Part shown: one piece after another, positions 12,714 to 26,987 of the stretch | Numbering within the stretch: position 1 is the stretch's first letter | How the letters are laid out: each line of letters opens with the position of its first letter | Position numbers and translations under genes: made by a program | DNA from: Octopus sinensis | Lineage: Eukaryota | Direction: 5' to 3' | Assembly (NCBI RefSeq): GCF_006345805.1 | Contig: NC_043008.1 | Location: forward strand, 22,320,001 to 22,384,000 | Length of the DNA: 64,000 bases | The notes under the pieces: generated by a model | Told to the model about the DNA's origin: nothing | Databases searched by the model: none | Seen by the model: the letters and a program-made list of their open reading frames with translations, nothing else

Positions 12714-14024
12714 TAATAATAATATCATGCCAGCGTCATATAGAAAAGCACCCATGCTGGTACCGCATAGAAAGCATTCTTATTTCTTTATTGCCCACAA
12801 GGGGCTAAACACAGAGGGGACAAACAAGGACAGACAAATGGATTAAGTCAATTATATCGACCCCAGTGTATCCTCCCCATCCTCCTCCTCCTCCTCCACC
12901 ACCACCTCTTCTTCCTCCTCCTCCTCCTCCTCCTCCACCACCACCTCTTCCTCCTCCTCCACCACAACCTCTTCCTCCTCCTCCTCCACGAACACCTCTT
13001 CCTCCCCTCCTCCCCTCCTCCTCCCCTCCCCTTCTTCTTCTTCTTCTTCTTCTTCTTCTTCTTCTTCTTCCAGTGAGGGTCAATTCAGTGTAGATCAATC
13101 ATTTTTAAAGCACAGATATATGAATTTTTTTTCTTTGCTCTCTCTGAGGTTAGATTCCATAGTAAAGAAACTCTCTTGGGTCTTAGAAAATTCTTCTCAC
13201 TACATTTTTTCCCTTGCAACTGTATTAAATTTAATCAAGGCATGTTGACTTGTGTATAGGATGTCGCATCGTGAGTTCAACTCCTGGGCTGGGCAATGTA
13301 TTGTGTTCTTGAGTAAAACACAAAACTTCATGTTGTTTCATTCCACTCGGGTGTAAATGAGTAATCCTGCAATAGACTGGCATCCCATCCAGGGGATATT
13401 ATGATCTTAGTCCCCCATACACCCTGGAAACTAAGTAACCAAGCCTATAAGTTCTAAGACTCAAGACAGCAATGTATGGGAATTAAGTCTAAAAAACCTG
13501 TTTGTTCTGTTTGTGTTAGAATTGAGGCAAGATAAGCTTTAACACCATAACTATAATATTTAGTATAGTACTTCACTCTGCATAAACGTTACCACCACTG
13601 TTGTTGTTACTATCACTATTTTCAAAATTATATGTTAGACTATTTGGAATATTTTTATCTATTAATTATTTATTTAAATGGGCATTTTTTTCTTCTATTT
13701 GTTCATTCTCTCATATAGCTTATTTTTGTGTTGTATTTTATCCTCCGCTTGCTGTTGGAATGTTTTGTTATGAAATCTCTTCGTGTTTGGTCACTATGTT
13801 TTAAAATGTGAAAAATGTCGTGTTAATAAATCAATAGAAAAAAATGTATATAAAAACAAACCTTTTGTTTTGTTTATTGCCGGTTATCAAGGGCAAGCTT
13901 TCCTCAAGTAATTATAATTCTTTTTATCAAATACTTAAAAGGAAATTTCATTTGGTAATGCAACGATTATGCCCTGGCTTCGGAGCAAAATGAATGCACA
14001 TGTGCATACTTCAAGAATCACCCC

Positions 14025-14110
14025 CAACACCAACAACAACAACAACAACAATAATAATTATAATGTTGATAATAGCAATTATAATAGCCATGATGATGAT
14101 GATGATGACA

Positions 14111-14157
<47 letters not shown>

Positions 14158-14180
14158 TGGTGGTGTCTTTATCATTAATA

Positions 14181-14220
<40 letters not shown>

Positions 14221-14252
14221 TAATAATGATGATGATGATGATGATGATGATG

Positions 14253-14286
<34 letters not shown>

Positions 14287-14493
14287 TGATGATGATAATA
14301 ATAATAATAATAATAATAATGATGATGATGATGATGATGATGATGATATAATAATAATAATAATAATAATGATGATGATGATGATGATGATGATGATAAT
14401 AAAATAATAATAATAATGATAATAATAATGATAATAATAATGATGATGATGATAATAATAATAATGATAATAATAATAATAATGGTAATAATG

Positions 14494-14536
<43 letters not shown>

Positions 14537-14582
14537 TAATAATGATAATAATGATAATAATAATGATGATGATGATGATGAT
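14025..14582. repeat. Compound (AAC)/(GAT)/(AAT)n microsatellite
   Basis: Direct reading. Confidence 0.95.
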
Positions 14583-14822
14583 ACCATTATTTATTCCTGC
14601 ATAGTTCAAAAGATTCCGGAATATTCATAACTTTTAATGGCTTATCAACAAAGAAAGAAACGTTTCCTGTCGGAGTTTGTTCATGATAATTACTAAACAA
14701 AATTGCCAAAATGGTAGCGCCACTTGTGTTTACCATAAGCAGTGGCAGTAGCAGTAGTGGTAGTGGTGGTGGTGGTGGTGGTGGTGGTGGTGGTGGTGGT
14801 GGTGGTGGTGGTGGTGGTGGTG

Positions 14823-14873
<51 letters not shown>

Positions 14874-15129
14874 ACGGTGGTGGCAGGGCCACCTTAGCAA
14901 CATAATAGGACCCTCAGCAAAATTCAAAACACTGAACCCTGTAGAATTTATTTATTGACAGAAACAACAACATGTATTGATCAGAACTGGGCTCCGAGAC
15001 ACAAGAGGCCCCTGATCAGTGACCCAGTGTGCCCATGCCTTAAGATGCCAATGGGTAGTAGAGGTAGTGGTGGTGGTACTACTACTACTACTACTACTAC
15101 TCCTACTACTACTACTAGTAGTAGTAGTA

Positions 15130-15722
15130 GTAGCATCACGAGCACCACCACCATTTGGGTACCATTTGTGTGACACCGGTATCTGCCATGACTGTGATTT
15201 GGCTCAGTTTGATGGGCCTTCTTGTGAAGCAAGATGTAATGCCAGCAGCTTTGGTCTTTGCCTCTGTGAGGCCCACCACTCAAAGGAAGCTCTGCAACTT
15301 TGCCTCCATCAGGCCCAACACTCGAAAGGAACTCAGCCACTTTGCTTCCATTAGGTCCAACCTTCACAAGATGTTCTTTATGTGCCACCAACATGGGTGC
15401 ACTTGGCTTGACAGGTCTTCTCAAGCACAGCACATCGGCAAAAGTCTCAATCACCAGTCATTACCTCTCTGAGGCTCAAAGTTCGAAGATCATGCTCCCA
15501 TGTCTTCCTGAGTCTACCCCAACCACAGGTTCCCTCCAGAGTGTGATCCATATGCATCACATGACCATACCAGCGAAGTCTCTCTAGCACACCACATCTG
15601 ATTCCTTGCATGCCTAACTTTTCTCTCAAGCTGCTTACACTCTGTTGAACATGCACACTGACATTGTACATCCAGCGAAGCATACTGGCTTCATTTCTCT
15701 CAAGTGTACGCATGTCCTCATG
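15130..15722 (-). mobile_element. RTE-clade LINE 3' fragment (ORF end plus 3' UTR)
   Basis: EDMRTLERNEASMLRWM...LREKLG...RLRWYGHVMHM...GRLRKTW..DLRTL. Confidence 0.85.
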
Positions 15723-15724
15723 TG

Positions 15725-15759
<35 letters not shown>

Positions 15760-15899
15760 TAGATAGATAGATAGATAGATATACACACACACACATACTT
15801 ATATATATATATATATATATATGCAAAATGTGACTGTGTGTGTACCGTTGGCGATTTTTGTCCTCTGTCTTCCCTTCTCTGGATCTTTCCTTCTCCTAT

Positions 15900-15934
15900 G
15901 TTTCCAACGAAGAGCTCCGCTCGAAACGTTAAAC
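15900..15934 (+). ncRNA. Decayed minimal hammerhead motif, related to 59635-59667
   Basis: gttt-CCAACGA(mutated core)-a-gagc-tcc-gctc-GAA-ACGT-T-aaac, within a ~220-bp element (15821-16040) flanked by (TA)n. Confidence 0.55.
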
Positions 15935-16055
15935 CCTCCTTCTTCCCTTCCTTCCTGAGCGTCCAATAATACTATATTTGTTCCACGTCCTCGCGTTGTT
16001 GTGTTTTCTCTTTGTGTTTTCATGTTTGGATTAACCATATGTATATATATATGTA

Positions 16056-16121
<66 letters not shown>

Positions 16122-16299
16122 TGTATGTATGTGTGTATGTATGTACACATAGACATAGATATATCAATACACCTGTACATATACCTGTATGTATACATTT
16201 ATATGTGTGTGTGAGTGCATGTATTTACGCATATATATCTGTGTTCATAATACATGCATACAAAGCAGCAAAGATCAAGTAAAACATATACACACACAC

Positions 16300-16330
<31 letters not shown>

Positions 16331-16702
16331 CATTTAATATATATACATATATATTTTTTTTCAACACAATCCTGTACATTATAAACATGAAAGACATTTA
16401 CTGCAGGACATTATCTCAGACAAAAAAAAATGTTCTCTATATAGACTTTGAGTAAAAACAAATCAAGCTAAGTTCCAAGTAACTTCTGCAGACTACCAGA
16501 CAAACTGTTTCCATATGATTTTTGCCTCTTCAATACCAGAATTTTCTCTAATGCAAAATCCCACTGCAAATGACATATATATATGCTTATTAATAAATAT
16601 ATCTATCCACTCTCCCTAGCATATTAAGTTCTATATCAGATTATGTGTGCAATATGTGAAATATATGTAAATATAACTCTTACATTATGTATGCACATAT
16701 AT

Positions 16703-17118
16703 ACTCTTTTACTCTTTTACTCTTTTACTTGTTTCAGTCATTTGACTGCGGCCGTGCTGGAGCACCGCCTTTAGTAGAGCAAATCGACCCCGGGACTTAT
16801 TCTTTGTAAGCCCAGTACTTATTCTATCAGTCTCTTTTACCGAACCGCTAAGTGACAGAGACGTAAACACACCAGCATCGGTTGTCAAGCAATGCTAGGG
16901 GGACAAACACAGACACACAAACACACACACATACATATATAGATATACATATATACGACAGGCTTCTTTCAGTTTCCGTCTACCAAATCCACTCACAAGG
17001 CATTGGTCGGCCCGGGGCTATAGCAGAAGACACTTGCCCAAGATGCCACGCAGTGGGACTGAACCCGGAACCATGTGGTTGTTTAGCAAGCTACTTACCA
17101 CACAGCCACTCCTGCGCC
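16703..17118 (-). mobile_element. SINE family B, full length (tRNA head, CORE-like cttgggcaagt segment, (TAAAAGAG)n tail)
   Basis: Minus strand ggcgcaggagtggctgtgtggtaag...gggttcagtccc...gactgaaacaagtaaaagagtaaaagag. Confidence 0.85.
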
Positions 17119-17892
17119 TATATATATATATATATTTTTCACAGCTATTCTGTATTTGAGATTGACTTTATTTTCTATAAAATATCGACTCATTCGGTGC
17201 TTTTAAGTTTGCTTATAAAAACAAATGTTCTCAAATTCTGAAAGCTATTATTTAGTGCTATAAAAGATGGCACCTGGTGTCAGGGGTTGCGCTTAGTTTA
17301 GTGCTCGGCCGGAATTTAAGAGATGCAGTGTTTGACACTCTGTAGTATCTTGTCGGCCACTATTCCCATCTTCTAACAATATTTACCTGATCTTCTAAGC
17401 TGTTTTCACGGCTATTCAAGATTTCTTTTATTTTGTGTTAAGTGTGTGTGTGTGTGTGTGTGTGTGTGTTCATACGAGTGTTAGGGAATGGAGTAGATAA
17501 AATTCAGATTAAATATGTGTCATAGCAAGCGGGACCTTGGAAGTGGTAAATATCCAAGTGAAGTGTATACTGCAGGCTTCTCTTCAGGCCAAGGGTATTT
17601 TGATTAAATGAAGTTTATTTTTGTCATTAGGAGAACCATGTTAACACATGGAGGAACTTAGTATGGAAAGCGGATGCTAAACGATGATGATGATGATGAT
17701 GATATATATGTGATAATAATAATAATAATATAATAATGGTATGAGGGAATATTATTCCAAACTTACAGGGAAAACTTCAATTTAGAAATACTAAATCAAA
17801 TTTCTAAATGGTATTATTTAATCTTTTTTCGTTGTTGAATTGACAAAAGATGTTTTTTTTTCTAATTTATATATATATATATATATATATAT

Positions 17893-18345
17893 CATCATCA
17901 TCATCATCATCATCATTTAACGTCCGCTTTCCATGCTAGCATGGGTTGGACGGTTCAACTGGGGTCTGGGGAGCCCGAAGGCTGCACCAGGCCAGTCAGA
18001 TCTGGCAGTGTTTCTACAGCTGGATGCCCTTCCTAACGCCAACCACTCCGAGAGTGTAGTGGGTGATTTTATGTGCCACCGACACAGGTGCCAGACGAGG
18101 CTGGCGAACGGCCACGCTCGGATGGTGTTTTTATGTGCCACCGACACAGGTGCCAGACGAGGCTGGCAGACGACCACGCTCGGATGGTGTTTTTATGTGC
18201 CACTGACACAAGTGCCAGATGAGGCTGGCGAACGGCCACGATCGGATGGTGTTTGTTACGTGCCCACAGCACGGAGGCCAGTCGATGCGGTACTGGCTAC
18301 GGCCACGTTCGGATGGTTTTCTTGTGTGCCACCGGCACTGGTACC
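17893..18345 (-). mobile_element. RTE 3'-UTR element with ~62-bp internal tandem repeats and (GAT)n tail; other copies at ~21500-21660(-), 34232-34560(+), 39445-39680(-), 58600-58800(+), 61350-61610(+), 62350-62800(+)
   Basis: Shared ggttggcgttaggaagggcatccagctgtagaaac...ccaacccatgctagcatggaaagcggacgttaaatgatgat; at 62370-62420 it follows the RTE ORF end (DLW.Y..LEKT.QAK*). Confidence 0.7.
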
Positions 18346-18401
18346 ACAAAGATACAAATTCCATTGATGTTCATCTATTTTGATTTTTTGATTTTTATAT
18401 A

Positions 18402-18436
<35 letters not shown>

Positions 18437-20147
18437 CTAATACATGTATTTCCCCATAAATAATACAGTTATTTCAATTGCATGAACTAAAAGTTGGAGG
18501 GGAACAGGATAAACTACCAGCATCAACTTGCTATAAAAGCAGGCAGTAATTATATATACATATATACGACGGGCTTCTTTCAGTTTCCGTCTACCAAATC
18601 CACTCACAAGGCATTGGTCGGCCCGAGGCTATAGTTGAAGACACTTGCCCAAGGTGCCACGCAGTGGGACTGAACCGGGAACCATATGGTTGGTAAACAA
18701 GCTACTTACCACACAGCCACTCCTGCATATATAGATATATATATATAATATATAAAACGATTTATACAACCTCGTTATTATAGAATATTTATTGATCATT
18801 AAAATTTTAAAAGTTTTTCTATGTGATTTATTTCCATGAAAATTAGAAACAAGTTTCTAATGAAGAAACATATTATCTTACTTCAATTAATTAATGACAG
18901 AAATCAATAGAAATTGAAAAATGCACTAATTATGTTTAACACCAGCTAGACAGCAGCCTCGGGGTAAATTGCATAATTCTTCATCCCAAAGTAATTGTAA
19001 CTATCATAAATTGTTTTATTTAATATAATAATTATTATTTTGTCTTTTATTCTCTGGTAGATGGATTTTTATGTAGATTTGTCAAGTAGAATAATCTCCT
19101 TACAAATATTTGTTTATTAATTAAGGAAAATGTATTTTTAATTATTTTTTTTAAGGGTTTTTCATTTTATATTATAGGGATGATATTATTGCTTCAGTCA
19201 GTATTCTTTATGTGGTTGTTTGATCTGCTAGAAATAGCTGTCACATTCTTTTTGGGTTTTCTTTTTTTTTTTTTTTGCAGTCACATTCTATTATAAAAGT
19301 GGGAGGAGGTAATTAATGATGTTGGTCAAGTTGAGTGAAACAAAACAAAACAAAACAAAAATCATCAATGAGTGAATGTTTTTAACCATAAATACACTTG
19401 ATCAGAGTTTACCTGGGGTTAAACAGCAACAACAACAAAAACAACAACAAGTGATGCTTTATCTAATTGTTGTCTGATTTAATACCGCCATCTGACACTT
19501 TAGCTGCCCTTAGCAGTTTCAACTCCCTTGCAAGCATTCATAACATGTCTTTGGTTTGAAGGGTTCCATCCTTTCTCTCTCCTTCCCACAAGTGTCAGAG
19601 AATTTTTAAAGTGCCATGGGCAAATGCCTTCACTCCTGACTAAAAACAAGAATTAAATTAAATTAAATTAGAATAAAAAAATCATTAAATATTTTTAAAT
19701 GAATTTCCCTCATGTCTTGTAGAGCCTCATGATGGTCTTAAGCATGTTCAATATGATTTTTGTATTTTTGTTCAACCACATGGTTCAGGGTTCAGTCCCA
19801 CTGCATGGCACTTTGAGCAAATATCTTCTGCTATAGCCTTTGGCTGGCCAAAGTCTTGTGAGTGGATTTAGCAGACAGAAACTGAAAGAAACCCATCATA
19901 TATGTGGGTGTGCTGTGTGTGTGTGTGTTCATCCCCCATCACTGCTTGATAAGTACCAAATTTTTTTTTTAAATAAGTACAGGGGTCGGTTCATTTGGCT
20001 AAAAATTCTTCAAAGTGGTGCCCCAGTATGGCCACAGTCTAATGACTGAAACAAGTAAAAGATAGAATATATAAAACATTTTATAGCCAGATACCCTTCT
20101 TGTCAGCATTTTTACCATTTTTTTTGTAATTTGGCAGGGGTTCATAG

Positions 20148-20148
20148 G

Positions 20149-20188
<40 letters not shown>

Positions 20189-21447
20189 CCATCATTATCA
20201 TCATTATTACCATCATCAGCATCACGACCACCACCACCTCCACTACCATCATCAGCATCATCTTCATCATCATCACCACCACCACCACCACCATCACCAC
20301 ACAACCATCATCAACACCACTACCACCATCATTATCATCATCATCACCACCACCACCACCATCACCACCACCACCACCACCACCACTACCACTACCACCA
20401 CCACCTCGTCATCATCACTCCCATCACCAACATCACCACCACCATCACCATCACCATCATCATCATCATCATCAGCCTCATCAACATCATCATCATCACC
20501 ATCACCACCTTCGTCATCGTCGTCATCGTTGTCATCTTGACTAGTGCTCATTGGAAATTGATGCTGAGAAGACAAATAATCTGTTAAATTGGTCCTAAAT
20601 AGCATTCTGACAAGAGTGTCATAGGGAAAGAAGATTATGTCATGCTACTAACCAGCTTAGTTCTGTTTCTAATTAGTTGACAACCAAGATGTTGTTTAAG
20701 TGATCAAACTTAATTATAGATAAAAGTTGAAGATGACAGGGCAGACAAAAATTAAAGCTAGTTAAATAAAAAGAGAGGAGAGGAGTTATGCGTTGCGAAT
20801 GATAAACCTGTCTCTTTAGTTTAACTGTATTTAGCGTTTGGAAATCTTGACAAACTAACGAGACATGTGGTACATCTATCTTCGTCATCGTCATCATCAT
20901 CGTCATCATCATCATTGTCATCATCATCATCATCTCAGCACCAATCCTACCAGCTCCACCTCCACCAACATTATCATCATTATCATCATCATCATCGTCA
21001 TCACCATCGTTTTTATCATCGTCATCATCACCATCGTCATCATCATCATCGTCATCATCATCATCATCTCATCACTATCCCTACCACCTCCACCAACATC
21101 ATCATCATTATCATCATCATCATCGTCTCATCACCATCATTTTTATCATCATCATTATCATCATCATCGTCATCACAATCATTTTTATCATCGTCTCCAT
21201 CACCATCATTGTCATCATCATCATCTCATCACCACATCTACTACCTCCACCTCCACCTTCACCAATATCATCATTATCACCATCATCGTCATCACCATCA
21301 TTTTTATCATCGTCATCATCACCATCGTTGTCATCATCATCATCATCATTGTCATCATCATCATCATCTCATCACCACCCCTACCACCAACATCATCACG
21401 ATTATCATCATCATCGTCTCATCACCATCATTTTTATCATCATCATT
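20148..21447. repeat. Compound (CAT)/(CAC)n low-complexity tracts with a ~290-bp higher-order duplication in 20880-21447
   Basis: catcgtctcatcaccatcatttttatcatcatcatta occurs at 21121 and 21412. Confidence 0.85.
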
Positions 21448-21737
21448 AAACAGCCTGCTCATTAAATTAATGTGCAAGTGGCTGAGCACTCCACAGACAC
21501 ATCATCATCATCATCATCATCATAATCATTTAACATCTGCTTTCCATGCTGGCGTGGGTTTTGACGGTTTGACTGAGTCTGGTAAACGGGAGAGCTGCAC
21601 CAAGTTCCAGTCTGATTTGGTGTGGTTACTATGGCTGGATGCCTTTCTTAATTCCAGTCACTTAACTATATGCCTTCACAATAACAACAACAACAACAAC
21701 CACTCTGAAATATGCTTTGCAATATTTTCTCCAAGTA

Positions 21738-22170
21738 AGGCTGCGAGCTAGCAGAAACGTTAGCATGGCAAGGGAAATGCTTAGCGGTATTTCGTCTGCC
21801 GTTATGTTCTGAGTTCAAATTCTGCCGAGGTCGACTTTGCCTTTCATCCTTTCAGGGTCGATAAATTAAGTACCAGTTACGCACTGGAGTCAATGTAATT
21901 GACTTAATCCATTTGCCTGTCCTTGTTTGTCCCCCCCCCCTATGTTTAGCCCCTTGTGGGCAATAAAGAAATAAGAAACATTAGCATGCCAGGCAAAATG
22001 CTTAGCGGTATTTCATCTGCCATTATGTTCTGAGTTCAAATTCCACCAAGGTTGACTTTGCCTTTCATCCTTTCAGGGTCAACAAATTAAGTACCAGTTG
22101 TGTACTGGAATCGATCTAATCAACTAGCCCCTTCCCAAAAAATTTTGGCCCATGTGCTTAGAAGGGAAAA
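21738..22170 (+). mobile_element. SINE A dimer (similar dimer at 62969-63375)
   Basis: A full head followed by a second unit re-entering at aaagaaataag|aaacattagca. Confidence 0.8.
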
Positions 22171-22764
22171 GAATATTTCTTCCATGTGTCTACATTCATA
22201 ATTCCAAACCAACCAAAGTCAATGCTGGTCTTCGTTCTTTCTGGCTCATAAACTAAATTTCAGCTTGAATAGTGGACTCAAAAGCGTCAACTAACTCCCA
22301 TACTCAAAACTCCAGCCATATGACTAATTCTGAAAGATTCTATCTAAGCAAATTCAAACTGTCTTAATGTGTATTCTTGGAATCCTGAAAAGTCTGAGGT
22401 TTTGAGGGGTTTTTTTGCCTTTTGCTCCTGTTTTTATTTTTGTTTTTTTTTTTGTTTTATTTTTGGGTTTTTTTCCTCCTCATCTTTATATCACACTGTA
22501 TGATAATAGGTATGGCAAAGAAAACAGCCAATATATATTTTATGAAGAACTTTCTTCATAAAACACTTCGATAACAAACAAGACGTTGATAAATTTTATA
22601 AAGAATAAAAATGGTAAACAAGTTTCTTAAATTATGGGCTTCTTCTTTGGAAGTAGAAAAATAGCAGAGAAAAAAAAATTTAGAGGATTTTTATTTGTTA
22701 TTATTATTTTCATTTTTTTCCAGTAGCTTCACTAAAACATTGTGATATATTGAACATTTTGCTT

Positions 22765-22977
22765 TATATATATGCGTGTGTATGTGTGTTTGTGTGTGTG
22801 TGTGTGTTTGTGAGTGTGTGTGTGTGTGTGTATATATGTATGTATGCTTGTATGTATGTATGTATGTATGTATTCATGTAAGTGTGTGTGTATACAATTA
22901 TACATGCATACATACATGCATATATATATATATATATAAGAGAGAGTTATTTCTATTTATATATATACATATATAAG

Positions 22978-23011
<34 letters not shown>

Positions 23012-23089
23012 CATGTATGTATGTATATATGTATATACGTATGTATGTGTTAAGTATGTTAGCATGTATGTGTGTGTTAATATATTATA

Positions 23090-23129
<40 letters not shown>

Positions 23130-23573
23130 TATATACGCACACATTCATACATACGTGTGTGTGTGTGTTTGTGAGTGAAACAGATATATATATATATATA
23201 TATATATATGAATCTATGTAAAATGATAAAATGTATGACGTGAGTGTATATTAAAGGAAACTCTATTCAAACAAACAGGAATAAATTGAGTGTAAAGAGA
23301 GCTGACATTCTTCCATTTATGTATCTTTATTTGTTGAATATATATTTTGTTGTTTATTATAAGTTTTTGAAAACTATAATACTGCTATCTATGCGTATAC
23401 ATTACTTACATTCACAAACACACACACATTATATATGTGTGTATATATACATACATATATATATATATATATTATATATATATATGTATGTATATCTTTG
23501 CATCTATCTATATGTATATCTGAGTTTATATCTGTGTTCTTATATAAACATGCCTATAGATAAATACCTAGAC

Positions 23574-23618
<45 letters not shown>

Positions 23619-23850
23619 CTGTATATATATGTGTGTGTGTATGTGTGTCTGTATTGTATATATATATATATTATATATAATATGCAATAGTGCACACACA
23701 CACACACGCACACACACACACAAATACCTATGTATGTAACTTTGTATTTTCATGTAATGTATATTATCTAAAAAGCTGTATAAAAACATATGCTTGTATG
23801 AATGAATGTGTGTGTATGTGTGTGTGTGTGTATGTATGTGTGTGTGTGCA
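22765..23850. repeat. (TG)/(TA)/(TATG)n microsatellite field
   Basis: Direct reading. Confidence 0.9.
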
Positions 23851-24900
23851 CACATGCACTCACCATTTTACTGCATCATGTCTGCAGTATAATGCCATTC
23901 TGACCACTTTAAACTAAATTCATAAAACAATATATTCTTCCAATAAGAAATAATAACCAACAAATACCCTGTTGAGAACCAATAATAACCATCAAATACC
24001 CTGTTGAGAACCAAAATATCCTAAAAGCTTGTTTCTCCTAAGTGAGTAAAACAACTCCAACAGGACAATAACAATGAGCAGAGACATTAACAATAGAACC
24101 AAAATATATTTAACACAAAAGTAAGTTTCCTTTTGTCAGCTGCCTGTCAGATATCAGCATGATTTTGACATCTTAAGACAGAATCCCTATTTCTGACAGT
24201 GTTAAACAGCTTTTGAAAATTACATAATGCTGTTTGAGAATATACAAATAAAATGTTTGTATCTGAACTGCAAGTCACAAACATATATATATATATATGA
24301 AATATCAGCATGAAATTGCAGGTATGGTTGTGTGGTAAGCAGTTTGCTTCCCAACTACATGGTTCCTGGTTCAGTCCTATTTTGTGGCACCTTGGGTAAG
24401 TGTTTTCTACTGTAGCTTCTGGCCAAGGCTATTATAATGTAATGGAAATAAAAACAGAGAGGCAGATAGACAGAAAGAGATAGATGCTGAGAGAAAGAGG
24501 GAGAAAGACAAAAAAAAAGGGAGAAAGAAAAGCAGAGAAAAGAATTCATCCACTCCTGGATAGGTAATTGGTTTATTGACACCTTTACTCACAAAGAATA
24601 AAAGATAAGTTGGCTTTAGCTGGATTTGAACTCAGAAATCCTAGAGACAAAACAAATACCGTAAAGCATGCTATTTGATACTTTAACTGTTCTGCCATTT
24701 TTGCCACCATTGTATCAAGAATATTCTTGCATTGACTCAACAGACAATTCCAGTCTCTTCTACAAATTTCTGCTGATTTTTCAATATTCAAGAAAGAGAA
24801 TTCAATATTTTCACCAATTTTAATAATTGATTTGTTCTTTCGTTCAATGTTTTACTTACTGGGACTTTTTCTATCTTTTTCTTTTTTCTTTTCCTTTTAG

Positions 24901-25461
24901 GGTTTTTCCAAGCTTTCACGGGGCAGCTAGCAATGATCATTACAGGATCCTTTAGCATCGGCCTATTGCTGTGCTCCTTGATACCATGTGCCGGAACGGT
25001 GGATTCTTTGATACAGTACACCTCCACCTCAAGTCCTAACCAAATGCCAGACTTAAGCACTGAACGAAGCCGAGTGCAAACGAGAGCAGTTAAAGATGAT
25101 AAGAATGTGGAACTATACTTTGCAATTACCAAAATGCTGGAACAGCTCAATGTCTTGTCACCCAATGCCAAATCATGCTACATCCTGAAAAAAGTCGAAC
25201 CAACCAACGTAAAACCAGCCGTTGATAAAACCGTTGAAATACGGCTGGTATTTTCCGTTGCGTCTGCTCAGTCCAGTTCTTCTGGCAATAATAAACCAAA
25301 GGAAGATTCCAATAATAGCAATCGTAATTCTTCCGAATGTAAAAAGCTACTTGCTCTATCAATGCAGCAATCACCTCTAGGGAGTAATTCAGGGGCCAAT
25401 GATTCAGTCAACAATTCAGCGGGACTCAGTGCTCCACATACAGAGTACGGAAATGAATCAG
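24901..25461 (+). CDS. Coding exon of an unidentified, probably secreted or membrane protein (signal-peptide-like segment, possible cystatin-like fold, S/N-rich glycosylated linker)
   Basis: Long polypyrimidine tract ending ttccttttag at 24900; donor CAG|gtaagt at 25461/25462; 561 nt (187 codons), open from the acceptor with phase-1 ends; non-repetitive; ATG at 24933 followed by hydrophobic IITGSFSIGLLLCSLIPC; five N-x-S/T sequons (NNS, NSS, NDS, NNS, NES). Confidence 0.8.
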
Positions 25462-25638
25462 GTAAGTCAAGGGGTCACAAAAAAAGAACCCTATTTTGTT
25501 CTTGTTTCTTTTGCAACCAGCAATTTATTTTGTAAACAAGTTTAATTTTGACTGGATTATTTTTTCTTTTTTTTTTTGAAGTCAGATACAAATATCTCAG
25601 AGTATTTCATTCAGAGGAATCATTATTCACTCTTGGAA

Positions 25639-25681
<43 letters not shown>

Positions 25682-26944
25682 TGTGTGTGAGTGTGTGTGT
25701 GCGTTTCTGTGTGTGCACGTGTGCATGTGTGTGTGAGTGCATATGTGTATATATGTGAGTGTGTATACGTATACTCTCTCTCTCTGTCTTTTACTCTTTT
25801 ACTTGTTTCAGTCATTTGACTGTGGCCATGCTGGAGCACCGCCTATTGTTAAGCAAATTGTCCCCAGGACTTATTGTTTGTAAGCCTAGTATTTATTCTA
25901 TAGGTATCTTTTGCCGAACCGCTAAGTTACACCGATGTAAACACACCAGCATCGGTTGTTGAACAATGTTGGGGAGACAAACACACACAAACACACATAC
26001 ACATCTCTATACATATACATATATAAGACAGGATTCTTTCAGTTTTCATTCACCAAATCCACTCTTAAGGCTTTGGTTGGCCCAAGACTATAGTAGAAGA
26101 CACTTACCCAAGGTGCTACGCAGTGGAACTGAACCCAGAACTCTGTGGTTGGTAAGCAAGCTAATTACCACACAACCACTCCTGTGCCTATATATATATA
26201 TATATGTGTGTAAGTATATATATGTATGTATGCATATAGATAGATAGATAGATAGATAGATAGACAGACTGAGAGAAAGAGATAGATAGATATAGATAGA
26301 TATACATACATAGATATAGATAGATAGACTGATAAATACATAGATATTTATATATATATATATATGTACTTACATCTGTGTTTGCGTGTGTGTGTGTGTG
26401 TAAATTAATGTGCTCAGTACGTGACGAATTTACCATTTGGATTGTGGTTCTGATTAAAAATCACATTAAACTCCCTCCCTTGTGTGATGGCATATAGACC
26501 TATGCATCCCCAAAAGGACTGCAACTTAATATAAAGAACAAATCAATGAGTCATTAAAAAATGGGGAAGTAACTTGGTATTCTTTCCTTTAACATCTCAA
26601 ATGTAAAGTCTCTTCCCTGAAGATGGAGGCTCATCTCACCATACAATGGAATCAATCTACAATCATTATTTTGGACTACTGAACCCCCAGGCACAGCTGT
26701 TGGATTTGTAACACTTTTCTTCAACCCCTTTAATTCCCTATACCATTTGTATTCTACATAATTCAGACCTTTTTGTATGTAAACACAATATACATTTTTT
26801 TGTATTTCATGTATTTAATATACTTTATCTATTGATCTGTCTAACTTACTTATCCCTACATATATTTCTATACCCTCTCAAGTTTAAATCTCTTGAGTGT
26901 TGCCAAGTGTATTCTATATGGGAAATATCTGATTCCATTCCATG

Positions 26945-26984
<40 letters not shown>

Positions 26985-26987
<3 letters not shown>

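Noticed and set aside
16882-17241. Recurrent ORFs such as YDRLLSVSVYQIHSQG / RQASFSFRLPNPL and RSEFKFHRGRLCLSSFRG
   Set aside because: Chance translations of SINE B and SINE A copies, not a gene family.
24788-25171. Antisense ORFs overlapping the exon
   Set aside because: Shadow frames; splice signals and leader peptide support only the + strand.
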